Notes under the pieces: model-generated | The model's database searches: none | What the model saw: only the letters and a program-made list of their open reading frames with translations | Told to the model about the DNA's origin: nothing | NCBI RefSeq assembly: GCF_001194135.2 | Contig: NC_068983.1 | Span: forward strand, 93,940,951-94,004,950 | Length of the DNA stretch: 64,000 nt | Direction: 5' to 3' | DNA from: Octopus bimaculoides | Lineage: Eukaryota | Part shown: positions 51,118 through 62,330 of the stretch, in pieces | How the letters are laid out: each line of letters opens with the position of its first letter | How positions within the stretch are numbered: the stretch's first letter is position 1 | Made by a program: the position numbers and the translations under genes

Positions 51118-51193
51118 GTTTGTCTGCAGTGACTGTTAAACGACCAGACCAATTGCACGATGGTGACAAGCGCACAACCTGGAGCATTACACG
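51118..51193 (+). CDS. Probable coding exon of an unidentified host gene ((G)LSAVTVKRPDQLHDGDKRTTWSIT(R))
   Basis: CCCTAACTACAG acceptor, ACG|GTACTT donor; only the phase-1 frame is open; GC/CpG-rich relative to the flanks. Confidence 0.7.
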
Positions 51194-51357
51194 GTACTTT
51201 GTTCATTCTATCATACACACTTTTATTTATTTTTATATTTTTTTGCCTTTCATTTTCATTCTTGATATTTTATAAAACATTGAGATTATTTAACAATAAT
51301 CTTGTCATTAAGAAATGATTAATCTATTGACATGGCATGAAATTTTTTTAAATCCAG

Positions 51358-51515
51358 GATACTTGAGTATAGTTACATGCTTAAGCTATATAGACTTTTG
51401 CTGTGGAATGAAACTCAAAGCAGGAAATACACCCCAAGATTTTTTTCAACAGCAGGAATTTGTTTTAGATATATGCCTCAGTATTCTACATTTCTTGATA
51501 CCCATACTCTGTTGG
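51358..51515 (+). CDS. Probable next coding exon (ILEYSYMLKLYRLLLWNETQSRKYTPRFFSTAGICFRYMPQYSTFLDTHTLL)
   Basis: TTTTTTTAAATCCAG acceptor; phase 2 matches the previous exon and gives 52 open codons; donor G|GTTAGA lies just before an in-frame TAG. Confidence 0.6.
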
Positions 51516-52931
51516 GTTAGAGCTTATCATGTGAATTTTATTCCAAAAGAATTTTCTGCTTTTAACATGGAAATATTCTTTGATATACTGAAATATTTAA
51601 TAACAAAGTCATATGAAATATCTTTGGACTCATTGTATCTTGGTAAACATGTATACATATATATCTGTGTGCATGTGTACATGTGCACAACACATTTCTG
51701 TGCATGTTCCTATAAACTTTATGTAATGTTACAAGCTGTCAGTTTTAAAATGTATTTAGCAGTTTAGACAAGACTTTCATGTAATTCTAATTCTGACTAG
51801 TGCAGCACCATAATCATGTAAACTGGGCCATCACATCAGTGCATGTTTAAGATTGCACTCATTTTATATGGACTGTAATTATAACAAATAATTACTTGTC
51901 AGTTTTCCATAGATTTCATAATTTATTAACATTTTTCTGCCTTTTATCTAAACAACTAAAATTGTTAGAATGAAGACAACCATTGCAAATCAAGTTGTCA
52001 GTATGGGAAGTTCTGTGCAAAATAAGCAGTGCAATCTGATTCATAAAGATAGTAACATAAATATTGTTTGACTAAATTACTATGAGCATATTTTTCTATC
52101 ACCGCACAAAATTCTCCTGTCACCATATGATTCAGAGGAGAAATCAAAATACAACTTTGATCAAACTAATCATTATCATTTACACAAAATTGATCACACA
52201 TCTATGGTTTCCTCTTGTCTGTATGTTAATGTAAATACAACTACTTCAAAATAAGGAATCAACTACGAAATTTAGAAGAGTTGCTTTCTCCTTCTTTTCT
52301 TAATGTTTCTTTAATAATGTGGTGTCATACTTTGTAAGTGACTTCATTTATCACACAACAATTATTTATTTATTTATTTTTATTGTTTATTTATTTATTT
52401 TATTTTGTTTGGTTGGAATCAACAAATATTAATCCCAATTGCTGCTATAAATCAAACCATAACTAAGTGTCATGCCAATTTCCTCACAGATAAATTAGAG
52501 CAGTAGTAATTGATAGAAAAGTAATGTCTTCACATGACTTATAAGGTTTCTATATCATTAAAACTGATTTTTCTCTCTATATATCATCGTCATTGTCACT
52601 CAAAAGACAGTGGGTGACAGACTCAACATGATATTGAATGAGCTACTTTGTAAGCTCCTATCTATGCCTCTTTGTGTTCCAGGTTCAAATTCTACATGTA
52701 ATTAATTTTGTTTTTCAACATTCCATGCCTTCATACATGTATGGTATTGCCCAACATGTCCATTAAAAATCACTGGCTATAGTACTGATGTCACTGTCAT
52801 TTTTATCAAGGTAGTTTGCAGAGAAACAGAGAGTGCTAATAAAAACCGTTCTGCTGATTGTCATCTCTGATTGTCATCTCTGATTGTAGTGTATATGCAG
52901 AAATAAATTTCACTCTAATGACTGTCTTGAC

Positions 52932-53010
52932 CAGTGGTTCTCAACCATTTTTTTATCTATGAACCCCTTTGATCAATATTTTATTCTGGTGGACCCCCAT
53001 AGCTATTTGA
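52932..53010. mobile_element. hAT-type MITE left end
   Basis: CAGTGGTTCTCAACC terminus followed by GAACCCC...GGACCCCC; no matching right end found. Confidence 0.5.
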
Positions 53011-53953
53011 TGTTTTTAAATTCTTTCAAAATTTTTATTTTGTTTTTCACACATTCACTTGTGTAGTTTCAACTATGTAAAACACTAGACAAAGAAACCT
53101 GGCTGTTTCTTAAAGCAAAGTTTATGAAAAAAATACATAAATTTATGAAAACAAAATGCATAAATTTATGAAAAAAAATACATAAATCCTTGTGTAGAAC
53201 TGTGTGCTTCACAGTTCCAGCGACGTGGTGTTTAGCTGTTGTGCACATGCTCACATGTCTGAGATAGGAAGCTGCAGCTAGGGAGAGAGAGAGCACTGTG
53301 GTTCTGGCAGTGCTAACCCTGGTATGCTGGTGAAAGGTAGTGTTTTTTTTTATTCCATTTGTGTTGTGCTTAAAAACATGTTTATATTCTTGAATGTGAT
53401 AAAGTGTAGAATTAGATTATTATCCTGCTTCCAGCTAGAGTGTTGCTGCCAGGATTTGAAAGATAGGGCAGATTTTCCCCCCTTATTTTGTGATTTAGGG
53501 GGATTTTTGAAAAACAAGGGGGAATTCATGGCAGTGTTCAGTGAACAAATTAAACACACTACTTGGCAGTGGCTAAAACGTGAACCCATAAAGTTTATGT
53601 ATAAATTTTCTTTTTATGTTTGTTTCCTTTTACACAATATTAAAACAATGGCTAAAAATTTTCTGAAATAGCACTCCCACTGCCATTACTCTCTCATCAC
53701 TCTTGCTCACCCAGAAGAATTTGGCCCTTTGTTGTAATAAATAATTTTCTATTATTCTTTTAATAATTTTAGTCACTGGACTGCAACCAAGCACTCCCTT
53801 GAGCATGTATAGGCAATTGTATTCACGCCATTGCTTATTTTCACTGATCTCATAAAAAAACAAAAGTTGAACTGACACAGAACTTAATACAACAGGATAT
53901 TTTTGTTTGACACACCAATTCTTCAATCCAATGCACATATAAACACACACATA

Positions 53954-55232
53954 TGAGGGGTGTTCATTGAAGATTTCTCCTGACCCAATTCCCAAGGACT
54001 GGGATAAACAAAACTTGGCATAATTATTAGTCCCTCTCTACATGGCCACCACCAATGGTGACACACTTCTCTCATTGCTTTATGCAGCTGTGCAGACCTC
54101 ATCTGTAGAAGTCAGTAGGTTGTGTCTGAAGCAAAGACTTTATCTCACAGATAAGTTCATCATCTGAAAAGTGCTTCCCCTTCAAAAAAGACTTCATGGT
54201 TGGAAAGAGATAAAAGTCAGATGGTGCAAGGTCAGGAGAGTAAGGGGGATGAGGAAGGATTTCTTAGCTGCAGGAGTGTGCTTTCATCCAGGCAATATGC
54301 ACATTGTGAACTGGGGTGTTGTCTTGGAGAAGACAGACTCCTTTGGTCAGCATGCCACACCTCTCTTCTTTGACAACGTGCCACAGTTTTTGCAACAGAG
54401 AGGTATATGCCCCATTAATTGTGGTGCCCTTTGCCAGAAAATCCATCATCACTACTCCACACTGGTCCCAAAATACTGTAAGCATCACCCTGCCTGCTGA
54501 GGGTTGGACACAAGCCTTCTTTGAAAGTGGTGAGTTATTGTGCTTCCATTGTTTCGACTGGACTTTAGGCTCAGGATCATAGTGATGGACCAGTGTTTCA
54601 TCCTGTTTGATAAGTCTGCCAAGAAAGTCCTCCTCATTTTCTTAGCACATTGCCAAAAGAGCCTGGGAGCAATTTACTCATTGCTGCTTCTGAAAAGGTG
54701 TGAGTATCTAAGGAATCCATCGTGCAGACAACTTTCGCATGTGCAAATGGTCATGAATGATTTTTTCCACAGACCCTAGACTTATCTTCACTTCTTGGGC
54801 TAATTGCAGAATAGTTATGAGGTGTTCCTCCAAAACAGTGGCTTCCACTTTATGGATGGTGTCATCATCATTGGTGGAATGTAGCTGTCCAGGAATAGGA
54901 GCAGTCTCTGCCAATGTCCAACCACATTTAGCAATGCCAGTGCTTGACTACATTGTATGAGGGTGCATCATTACCATACACTTCTTTCAACCCATCAAAA
55001 GTCTCTTTTGATGTACAATCTTTCAAGTATAATAACCTGATCACTGATCGGCATTCAACTGCCTCCATTATAACACCTTAGTCCACTTCAGCAGCCATAA
55101 AAGACAAACGGATACTAGTGGAAAGCTACAATTTACAATGTGACATGTAGAGACATGTATGATTATATTTGTACAAGTTCTATTTCCTGCACTAACCAGA
55201 AGTGGGTCAAGGGAAATTCCCTTCTAGACACA
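53954..55232 (-). mobile_element. Near full-length decayed mariner (irritans/Himar1/Hsmar2-like)
   Basis: TA|TGAGGGGTGTTCA left end, eroded right TIR (TGGGTCAAGGGAAATT). Fragments LKEVYGNDAPSYNVVKHW, HMRKLSARWIP, DETLVHHYDPE, VMLTVFWD, LLQDNTPVH, HPPYSPDLAPSDF. Confidence 0.92.
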
Positions 55233-55338
55233 CACACACACACACACACACATGATGGGCCTCCACATAATTTTCATCTTTCAAATTTTGTTCACAAGGC
55301 ATTGGTTGACATGAGACAATGTCATGAAACACTTTCCA

Positions 55339-55667
55339 ATGACATGAGACACTTTCCAAGAGCAAAACTTTTGGCTGAAATGTGAAATTCTTAACCACAT
55401 AGCTGTGTCAGACGTGAAAGAAGAGAAAATGGTGCATAAACTGATTAATTAGACAGGTTCATAACAAGAACAATAGTAAAAAAACAAATTAAAGAAAGAA
55501 TAAGTGAATGGAAAATGTTTGGAAGAGGGAAGAGAAGTTAGAAGTTTACTTGTCTGTATTTTCCGTTGTTGTAACATGTGTTGTACAATAGCAACATTAA
55601 GAAAGATAGAAGAGATAGAGATTGTATGAGACATATTTATATTGGGGACAGAAGTTAGAAAATGAAA
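55339..55667. repeat. Copy 1 of a ~330-bp local direct duplication (copy 2 at 57264-57607)
   Basis: ATGACATGAGACACTTTCCAAGAGCAAAA...GGGGACAGAAGTTAGAAAATGAAA is present twice with few differences. Confidence 0.92.
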
Positions 55668-56617
55668 GCATTCCTTGAGATTATTGAAACAGCAGAGAGA
55701 CAGAGATAGAGAGAGTGAGAGGTAGGAGAGATCATGGGGTAAGAAGAGAAAAAGATGCATAATGTGAGCATTACATTCATAATAGGGACAATAGTAGGAA
55801 GTTAGAGAAAGAATAAGTGAATGGAGAATATTAGGGGGAGAGAAAGAAAGCTAGAGGCTTGCTTATCTAAATTTTTTTTTTTATTATTGTAACATATATA
55901 ATTTAAGAGTACTAAAGTAAGTTTATTACAATTTGTTTTAGCAAGTGCACACATTATTTGATACAGAACTCAGTACAGTTGGTAGAGTAGATAAATATAT
56001 CAAACAGTGAGTCTATTCTGAGTTGCCCCCTTAGTTGGGCTATGTATGTATATGTATGTATATAGGTAGGTATGTATATATGTATATGTGCTTATATTCA
56101 AGTATGTATGTTTGTTCATTCATTCATTTTCTTCTGTTTTTAATTATTTAAATTCCTCCTCTGAGGAAAGAGCTGGTTTCTAACAAGGATTCAAAGCTCC
56201 ATTGTTGGAATGTAGGTAACAAAAACAAATGTCACATTTGAAACTTGAGAAAAGTCTTGAATATTTTTACTGCTCCACTTACAGATTGTATTTGTAATGT
56301 TTGAGTTAGCTGGTTGATTTCTTTTTCTGAAAACCCTCACTTATTCAGATTGTCATTTACTCACATTTGGCATTTACTCACAAAACTAAGTGCACCAATT
56401 ATTATTGGTATGAATGTGAAGTTATTATCTGGATATAAAAGTTGGAGGTTTCAAAGTAGATGTCCATAGTTATCTTTTTCCTTTGGTTTTCAAAGAGATG
56501 TTCACATCAACAGGACAGCTGACTCCTATGATGGTTCATAAGTATGTATTGTGTGCATGCATATATTATGTATATTTGTGTGTGTGTATGTCTGTGTGTG
56601 TGCATGTGTGTGTATGC

Positions 56618-56688
<71 letters not shown>

Positions 56689-56692
56689 CATA

Positions 56693-57130
56693 CAAGTCAT
56701 TGTCATTTTACGACCTATCTGACCAATTGACTTTACGATGATTGGCATACCAGCTTCCAGCAGCAATAATAAATAGTCCAGTTGAAATCTAATGGGTATA
56801 ATTTCTTAGAAATTAACCCATCTACAGATGATGTCAGCTGACAAATGCTTCCCCTAGGTTTGGTTATCATTCGCCACTATCCTGTCACGGAGACATTGAG
56901 GCAACCTTGTAATTGTTTATAAGACGACTGCTTGAGACTCCAAAATTTTTGACTAACGCCAGTATAATAGTATAATACAGAATGCTGTGTGTTTCTTTTA
57001 CCTGAAAAAGTGCCTTAAGAATGTAAAAATATAAAACAAAGCTGTGTGGGCTTATAGATTGACTTCCGACCAAATCGACTTTCAACCAGTCAGCCGGAAC
57101 CAGTTGTGGTCATAAGTCGACAACGACCTG
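56693..57130. mobile_element. Tigger/pogo-like MITE
   Basis: TA-flanked 23-bp imperfect TIRs CAAGTCATTGTCATTTTACGACC / GGTCATAAGTCGACAACGACCTG (17/23 match). Confidence 0.75.
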
Positions 57131-57174
<44 letters not shown>

Positions 57175-57263
57175 GCACATATATTTTTGTGTGTACATTG
57201 TGTATTTGTGTGTGTACATTGTACACACACAAACTCATTCACAAGCATACCACATACACACAC

Positions 57264-57607
57264 ATGACATGAGACACTTTCCAAGAGCAAAATAAGACCA
57301 AAAACTTTTAGCTGCAGTGTGAAATTCTTAACCCCATAGCTGTGTCAGATATGAAAGAAGAGAAAATGGTGCATAAACTGATTAATTAGACAGGTTCATA
57401 ACAAGAACAATAGTAAAAAAAAAACAAATTAAAGAAAGAATAAGTGAATGGAAAATGTTTGGAAGAAGGAAGAGAAATTAGAAGTTTACTTGTCTGTATT
57501 TTCCATTGTTGTAACATGTGTTGTACAATAGCAACATTAAGAAAGATAGAAGAGATAGAGATTGTATGAGACATATTTATATTGGGGACAGAAGTTAGAA
57601 AATGAAA
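57264..57607. repeat. Copy 2 of the ~330-bp duplication
   Basis: Matches 55339-55667, with a short insertion (ATAAGACCAAAA) near the left end. Confidence 0.92.
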
Positions 57608-59268
57608 AACACACAAGCACGCGCGCACACGCACACACACTCACACACACACACGCGCACATGCATGCACACATATACATTTTAATGATCGAGTTGCAAA
57701 GCAGACAGCAGAGGAATAATTAAGGTCTATTCCATTTTAGAATGGAAACCTTCCAAGTAGTTAATTAAAATTAATGAGACAAATTGCGCAAAGAGAAGTA
57801 CAAGTGTGTAGAATTTTATTTCATTTTAATTTTATTAAGACAGCGAGGGGTTTCATTCACCTAGACAGTGTAATTTAGAATAGTTTCGGAGCCACATTGA
57901 TGTCTCCAACTCTAAGATAATATTAGGACTAATCTAGGTTAGAGTTGGAAGAAGTATTCAGGGAAAGCACTGGGAGTCAGTAATTCGGATTAATGTTCAA
58001 TCCACTGAAGCTCCAAATTTGATATTAGTGAGAGAAGGTGGGAGACATTAACTTGATGTAGCACTAGAATTATTGTCTCTATAGCCACTAATCCACTAAT
58101 TTGGAGTAGTCTTGTAGGTACTAATCTTGATATAAGCTATGGAGAAAGCAGTGAACTGGCAGAATCATCAAAATGCCGAGCAGCATTTCTTCCAACACAC
58201 ACACATATATATCATCATCATCATCATCATTATCATCGTTGTTTCACGTCCGCTTTCCATGCTGGCATGGGTTGGATGGTTTGACTGAGGGCTAGCATGC
58301 CAGAAGGCTGTACCAGGCTCCAATCCGATCTGACAAAGTTTCTACAGCTGGTTGCCCTTCCTAACACCAACCACTCTGAGAGTGTAGTGGGTACTTTTTA
58401 TGTGCCACCAGCATGGGAGCCAGTCAGGTAACACTGGCAATGACCAGGCTCAAATGGTGCTTTTTACGTGCCACCGACATGGGGCCAGTCAGCTGGCACT
58501 GGCATCAACCACGCTCCAATGCCTCTGTTATTGCCTGGAGGACTATGATGAATAAGAGGATCTGAGGACTGATCCTTGGTGGACCACTATCCCTACCCGG
58601 AATTCTTCACTGTACTCATTGCCAACTCTCACCTTACTTACAGCATCCCTGTATATGGCTTGTACAGCTCTCACTAACCATTCATCTATCCCTAGTTCCC
58701 ACATTGACCACCAGATAAAGGACTGGGGGACCCTGTCAAAGGCTTTCTCCATGTCAACGAAAGCCAGGTACAGAGATTTATCCCTGGCTAGGTATTTCTC
58801 CTGCAGCTGTCTTACAAGAAATATAGCATCAGTGCTGCTTTTCCCTGGCACAAACCCAAACTGCATCTCATCTAGACTGACTCTCTCCCTAAGTAGTTGG
58901 GCTATGATCCTCTCCATGTCTTTCATTACCTGATTCAATAGCTTGATACCTCTGTAATTATTCATATCTAATGCATCGCCTTTACCTTTGTAGCAGTTGA
59001 CTATGATGCTGCTACACCAGTCATTGGGTATGACTCCTTCATATATTGACTATATGGATGACTAGACTATAGCCAATACCACCAGATATTTTAAGCATTT
59101 CTGCAGTGATTCTTGATGGGCCAGGGGTTTTCCCAGTGTTCATGCTCTTAATTGCTTTATCTACCAAGGTACTGTCAGTTCGGATAGCTGGTCCCTCTGT
59201 TGGGTTGACATTTGGCAGACTCTCTTTCTCCCATTCATTTTCTTCTTTTAGCAACCTTTCATTGTGGT

Positions 59269-59421
59269 TTACATGATTTACATTTGATGGATATTTGTCC
59301 TCATCTTGTTTGTTGTTAACACAACATTTCGGCTGATATACCCTCCAGCCTTCATCAGGTGTCTTGGGGAAATTTCGAACCTGGGTTCTCGTTCCTAAGA
59401 TATTTTTCAATGTTGTTGTTG

Positions 59422-59469
<48 letters not shown>

Positions 59470-59657
59470 TCACTACCTGGAATTGAACTCAGAATCTTGG
59501 AGTTAGTAGCCCATGCTCTTAACCACTATGCCATATTCTCATGGTATATCAGCCAAAATGTTGTGTTAACAACAAACAAGATGAGGATAAATATTTGTCA
59601 AATGTAAATAATGTAAATAATGTAAATAATTCCTCATCTCTTAAATATAGAACTGTA
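59269..59657 (-). mobile_element. Hammerhead-bearing tRNA-headed SINE-like insertion with 5' inverted partial copy and 13-bp TSD
   Basis: TSD CTTTCAT(T/A)GTGGT at 59256-59268 and 59658-59670. Minus strand: A box TGGCATAGTGG, B box GAGTTCAATTCC, (AAT)n(AAC)n, hammerhead, tail. 59543-59657 is an inverted copy of the hammerhead 3' half plus tail. Confidence 0.85.
59318..59363 (-). ncRNA. Minimal type-I hammerhead ribozyme
   Basis: GACAC-CTGATGA-A-GGCTG-GAGGGTATAT-CAGCC-GAAA-TG-T-T-GTGTT. The core is intact, stem II is 5 bp, stem I is GACAC/GTGTT, and stem III is vestigial (ATGT, probably ACGT before CpG decay). Confidence 0.8.
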
Positions 59658-60162
59658 CTTTCATAGTGGTGTCTCCAAGTCTCTCTCCTTGCAGCCTCAT
59701 TAAATGCAAAGGAGCCATCATCCATGTGGACACATTTTTCTCCTATGACATCCCAATTCTCTCTCACACACTGTCTTGCAGCATGAAATGCCTTGAATCT
59801 TTGGTCCTCACGATGCAGAACATTGGCAAATTTTTTCTTACCTGGTTCCCTTCTTGCTAAATAAACCTGTCTCCTAGCTTCCTTTCTGGCAGTCTGATAC
59901 AATTCCCTGCTACTACCGTTCTTCCAGTCCTTCCATGCCTGTTTCTTTTCCCTAACGGCCTTGTCAACTACATTGTTCCACCTTGGATTGAGAGGAGACT
60001 TTGCACTTTCCACAGATCTGGTCAATAGCCCTCAACAGGTTGTCCTGTAGAAACCTACAGTTGTCTTCCACATCATATAATGCTATATCCCCCTCTATTT
60101 TGTCAAATGCTTCGAGTAATACATCTCTAAATTTCTATCCATTCGCAGGATCCTTATGCTTT

Positions 60163-60216
60163 CAGACCCTTCTTCTCCATGCTGGTCATCTTCTGGGCAT
60201 GGAGAAGAAGGGTCTG
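60163..60216. repeat. Perfect 20-bp inverted repeat, 14-nt loop, at the RTE 5' truncation
   Basis: CAGACCCTTCTTCTCCATGC / GCATGGAGAAGAAGGGTCTG. Confidence 0.95.
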
Positions 60217-60219
60217 GAA

Positions 60220-60279
<60 letters not shown>

Positions 60280-60289
60280 NNNNNNNNNN

Positions 60290-60321
<32 letters not shown>

Positions 60322-60536
60322 TGAATTGTGGCAAGGTATGGACGGATTCCGGAGTACCAAGAAAATTATGTATAAATATATCAAATTAGTAACAACTATA
60401 AAGCTTGAAACACGTGTACCGTAGAATCCTTTGTGTTTTTGTTTTTATTTTTGCATTTACAATTTATTCATTCAACTCAACCACTAGCTGGCATACACTG
60501 ATGCTTACAATTGTCAAGTATTACCTCTAACATTTA

Positions 60537-60569
<33 letters not shown>

Positions 60570-60659
60570 GCAACACCCTTTTTTTTCAGTTTCCATCTAC
60601 CAAATCCACTTACAACTCTTTAGTTAGCCTGAGGCTATTGTAGAAGACTCTTGCCCTCA

Positions 60660-60960
60660 GTGATATTGAAGTCTGTTATCTTAACATAGTATTGGAGTTA
60701 CTGACGCTAGAGTTACTAATCTTCAGGTAGTATTGGAGACATTAATCATAACCACTAAATCTTGTATGAGTAATTCTACTAAACTTAAGATAAATCTGGA
60801 GTCTCTAATCTGCAGATTTTGTTGGATTCATTAATTGTAAGATAATGTTGGAAACATTAATCTTTAAATAATGTTGAGGACACTCATTTTCAAATTTTGT
60901 TGAAGACCCTCATCTTCAGATATTGTTAATCTTAGGAAAGTGTTGGAGCTACTAATGGGT
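60660..60960. repeat. Degenerate ~28-30 bp minisatellite (TGTTGGAGACATTAATCTT-like); related tract at ~57900-58140
   Basis: Recurrent TTGGAGACATTAATC / TTGGAAACATTAATC / TTGGAGCTACTAAT motifs. Confidence 0.6.
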
Positions 60961-61017
60961 TGCTATGCTGTAGTGTGGTTAGTAAATTTTTTTAGTCTCA
61001 GATCAGCCTTGATCATG

Positions 61018-61166
61018 CATTATTTTGTAGTTTCAAGATTTCAATGGTGTGTTGTGTATTTTTAGGATAACATCGTAGGGTAGGTGTGAGAGATTGGATC
61101 TGGTCAGTTTTAATATCAAACCAGTTGAATATTTGGGCTGAATGTGGTCAGATTACATGCCAAAGG
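61018..61166. mobile_element. Partial piggyBac-like MITE
   Basis: GTAGGGTAGGTGTGAGAG...GGATCTGGTCAG...AAAGG|TTAA matches 29178 and 35912. Confidence 0.7.
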
Positions 61167-61299
61167 TTAAGTGCTATTTCCTGCAGGTGCAGCAACTATA
61201 TAGACACTCTATCTCTATCATTGATTCAGTTAGTAGTTTGCAGCATTAGTTGATGTGTTATGCTATTCAGTGCTCCTTTATAGTATGACTTGATACTTT

Positions 61300-61990
61300 G
61301 CAGTACTAGTTGGTGCACTGTATTGGTGTATTGTAATATTAGTTAATATACTGTAGAATTGGTTGGCATATTATAGAATTGGTTGGTACATTGTAGTATT
61401 GGTTGCTGCATTGTAGTATTGGTTAAGGTTTTGCATTGCTTGGTGTATTGTGGAATTGGTTTGTGCAGTATTGATTGCTACTGTGCACAAACTGGTACAG
61501 TGTAGTAGAGTCAGTGCAATGTAGCATTGGTTGGTTGGTTGGTGCAATGTATGATTGGTTGATTTGTTGTAGTATTGTTTGGTGCATTCCAGTATTGGAT
61601 GGTACATTCCAATATTGATTGCTACTTTGTAGTATTAGTTGATGCATAGAATTATTATTGGCTGGTTGTTTTGTAGAATTGGATGGTGTATTGTAGTATT
61701 GTTTGGTTGGTTGGCTGGTTGGTTGGCTGGTTGGTTGGTTGGCTGGTTGGTTGGCTGGTTGGTTGGTTGGCTGGTTGGTTGGTTGGTACGATGTAGTATC
61801 TGTTGGAACAATGGTTAGTACAATGTAGCATTCGTTAGTACATTGTTGCATTGATTGATGCATATTTTAGTATTGTTTGATTAGGTAGTTGGTAGGTGCA
61901 GTGTACTATTGGTTGGTAGATTGCTATATTGGTTGGTTGATGCAATGTAATATTGGTCAGTACAGTCTACAAACTGGTATGTACATTACT
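61300..61990. repeat. (TTGG)n-derived degenerate array with near-pure (GGTT/GGCT)n core at ~61700-61790
   Basis: GTAGTATTGGTTGGT-like units flank the pure core. Confidence 0.9.
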
Positions 61991-62012
61991 CATATTCTTC
62001 AGCTGCTAACAT

Positions 62013-62330
62013 GAAGGCATGTTGCTTAGTGGTTAGAGTATTCAGCTCATGATCGTAAGGTCATGAGTTCAATTTCCAGTAACACATTGTATCCTTGAGC
62101 AAGACACTTTATTTCATGTTGCTCCAGTGCACTCACCTGTCAAAAATGAATAGTACCTGTATATCAAAGGGCCAACCTTGTCACATTCTGTGTCATGCTA
62201 ACTCTCCCTGAGAACTACATTAAGGGTACATGTGTTTGTGGAGTGCTCAACTACATGTTAATTTCACAAACAGGCTGTTCCATTGATCGGATCAACTAGA
62301 ACCATCATCGTCATAACCAACAGAGTACCA
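62013..62330 (+). mobile_element. tRNA-derived SINE family F
   Basis: GCTTAGTGGTTAGAG...GAGTTCAATTTCC...CCTTGAGCAAGACACTTTATTTCATGTTGCTCCAGT. Confidence 0.85.

Larger units (their letters stand above)
58210..60200 (-). mobile_element. 5'-truncated, internally deleted RTE LINE with (GAT)n tail; interrupted at 59269-59657
   Basis: ORF pieces WNNVVDKAVREKKQAWKDWK..., KTPGPSRITAEMLK, NYRGIKLLNQVMK...QFGFVPGKSSTDAIF...LAFVDMEKAFDRVP...HQGSVL. The RT stops at LQAITE and joins the family E tail at 58210-58520. Confidence 0.95.

Noticed and set aside
51315-51767. 150-aa ORF MINLLTWHEIF... as a single-exon gene
   Set aside because: It overlaps a better-supported exon in another frame that is phase-matched to the upstream exon, and its tail runs into AT/TG repeats.
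59470-59540. tRNA genes in tRNA-like SINE heads (also 44500, 62020, 14530)
   Set aside because: A/B boxes are present, but the acceptor stem and cloverleaf are not intact and they are attached to repeat bodies.
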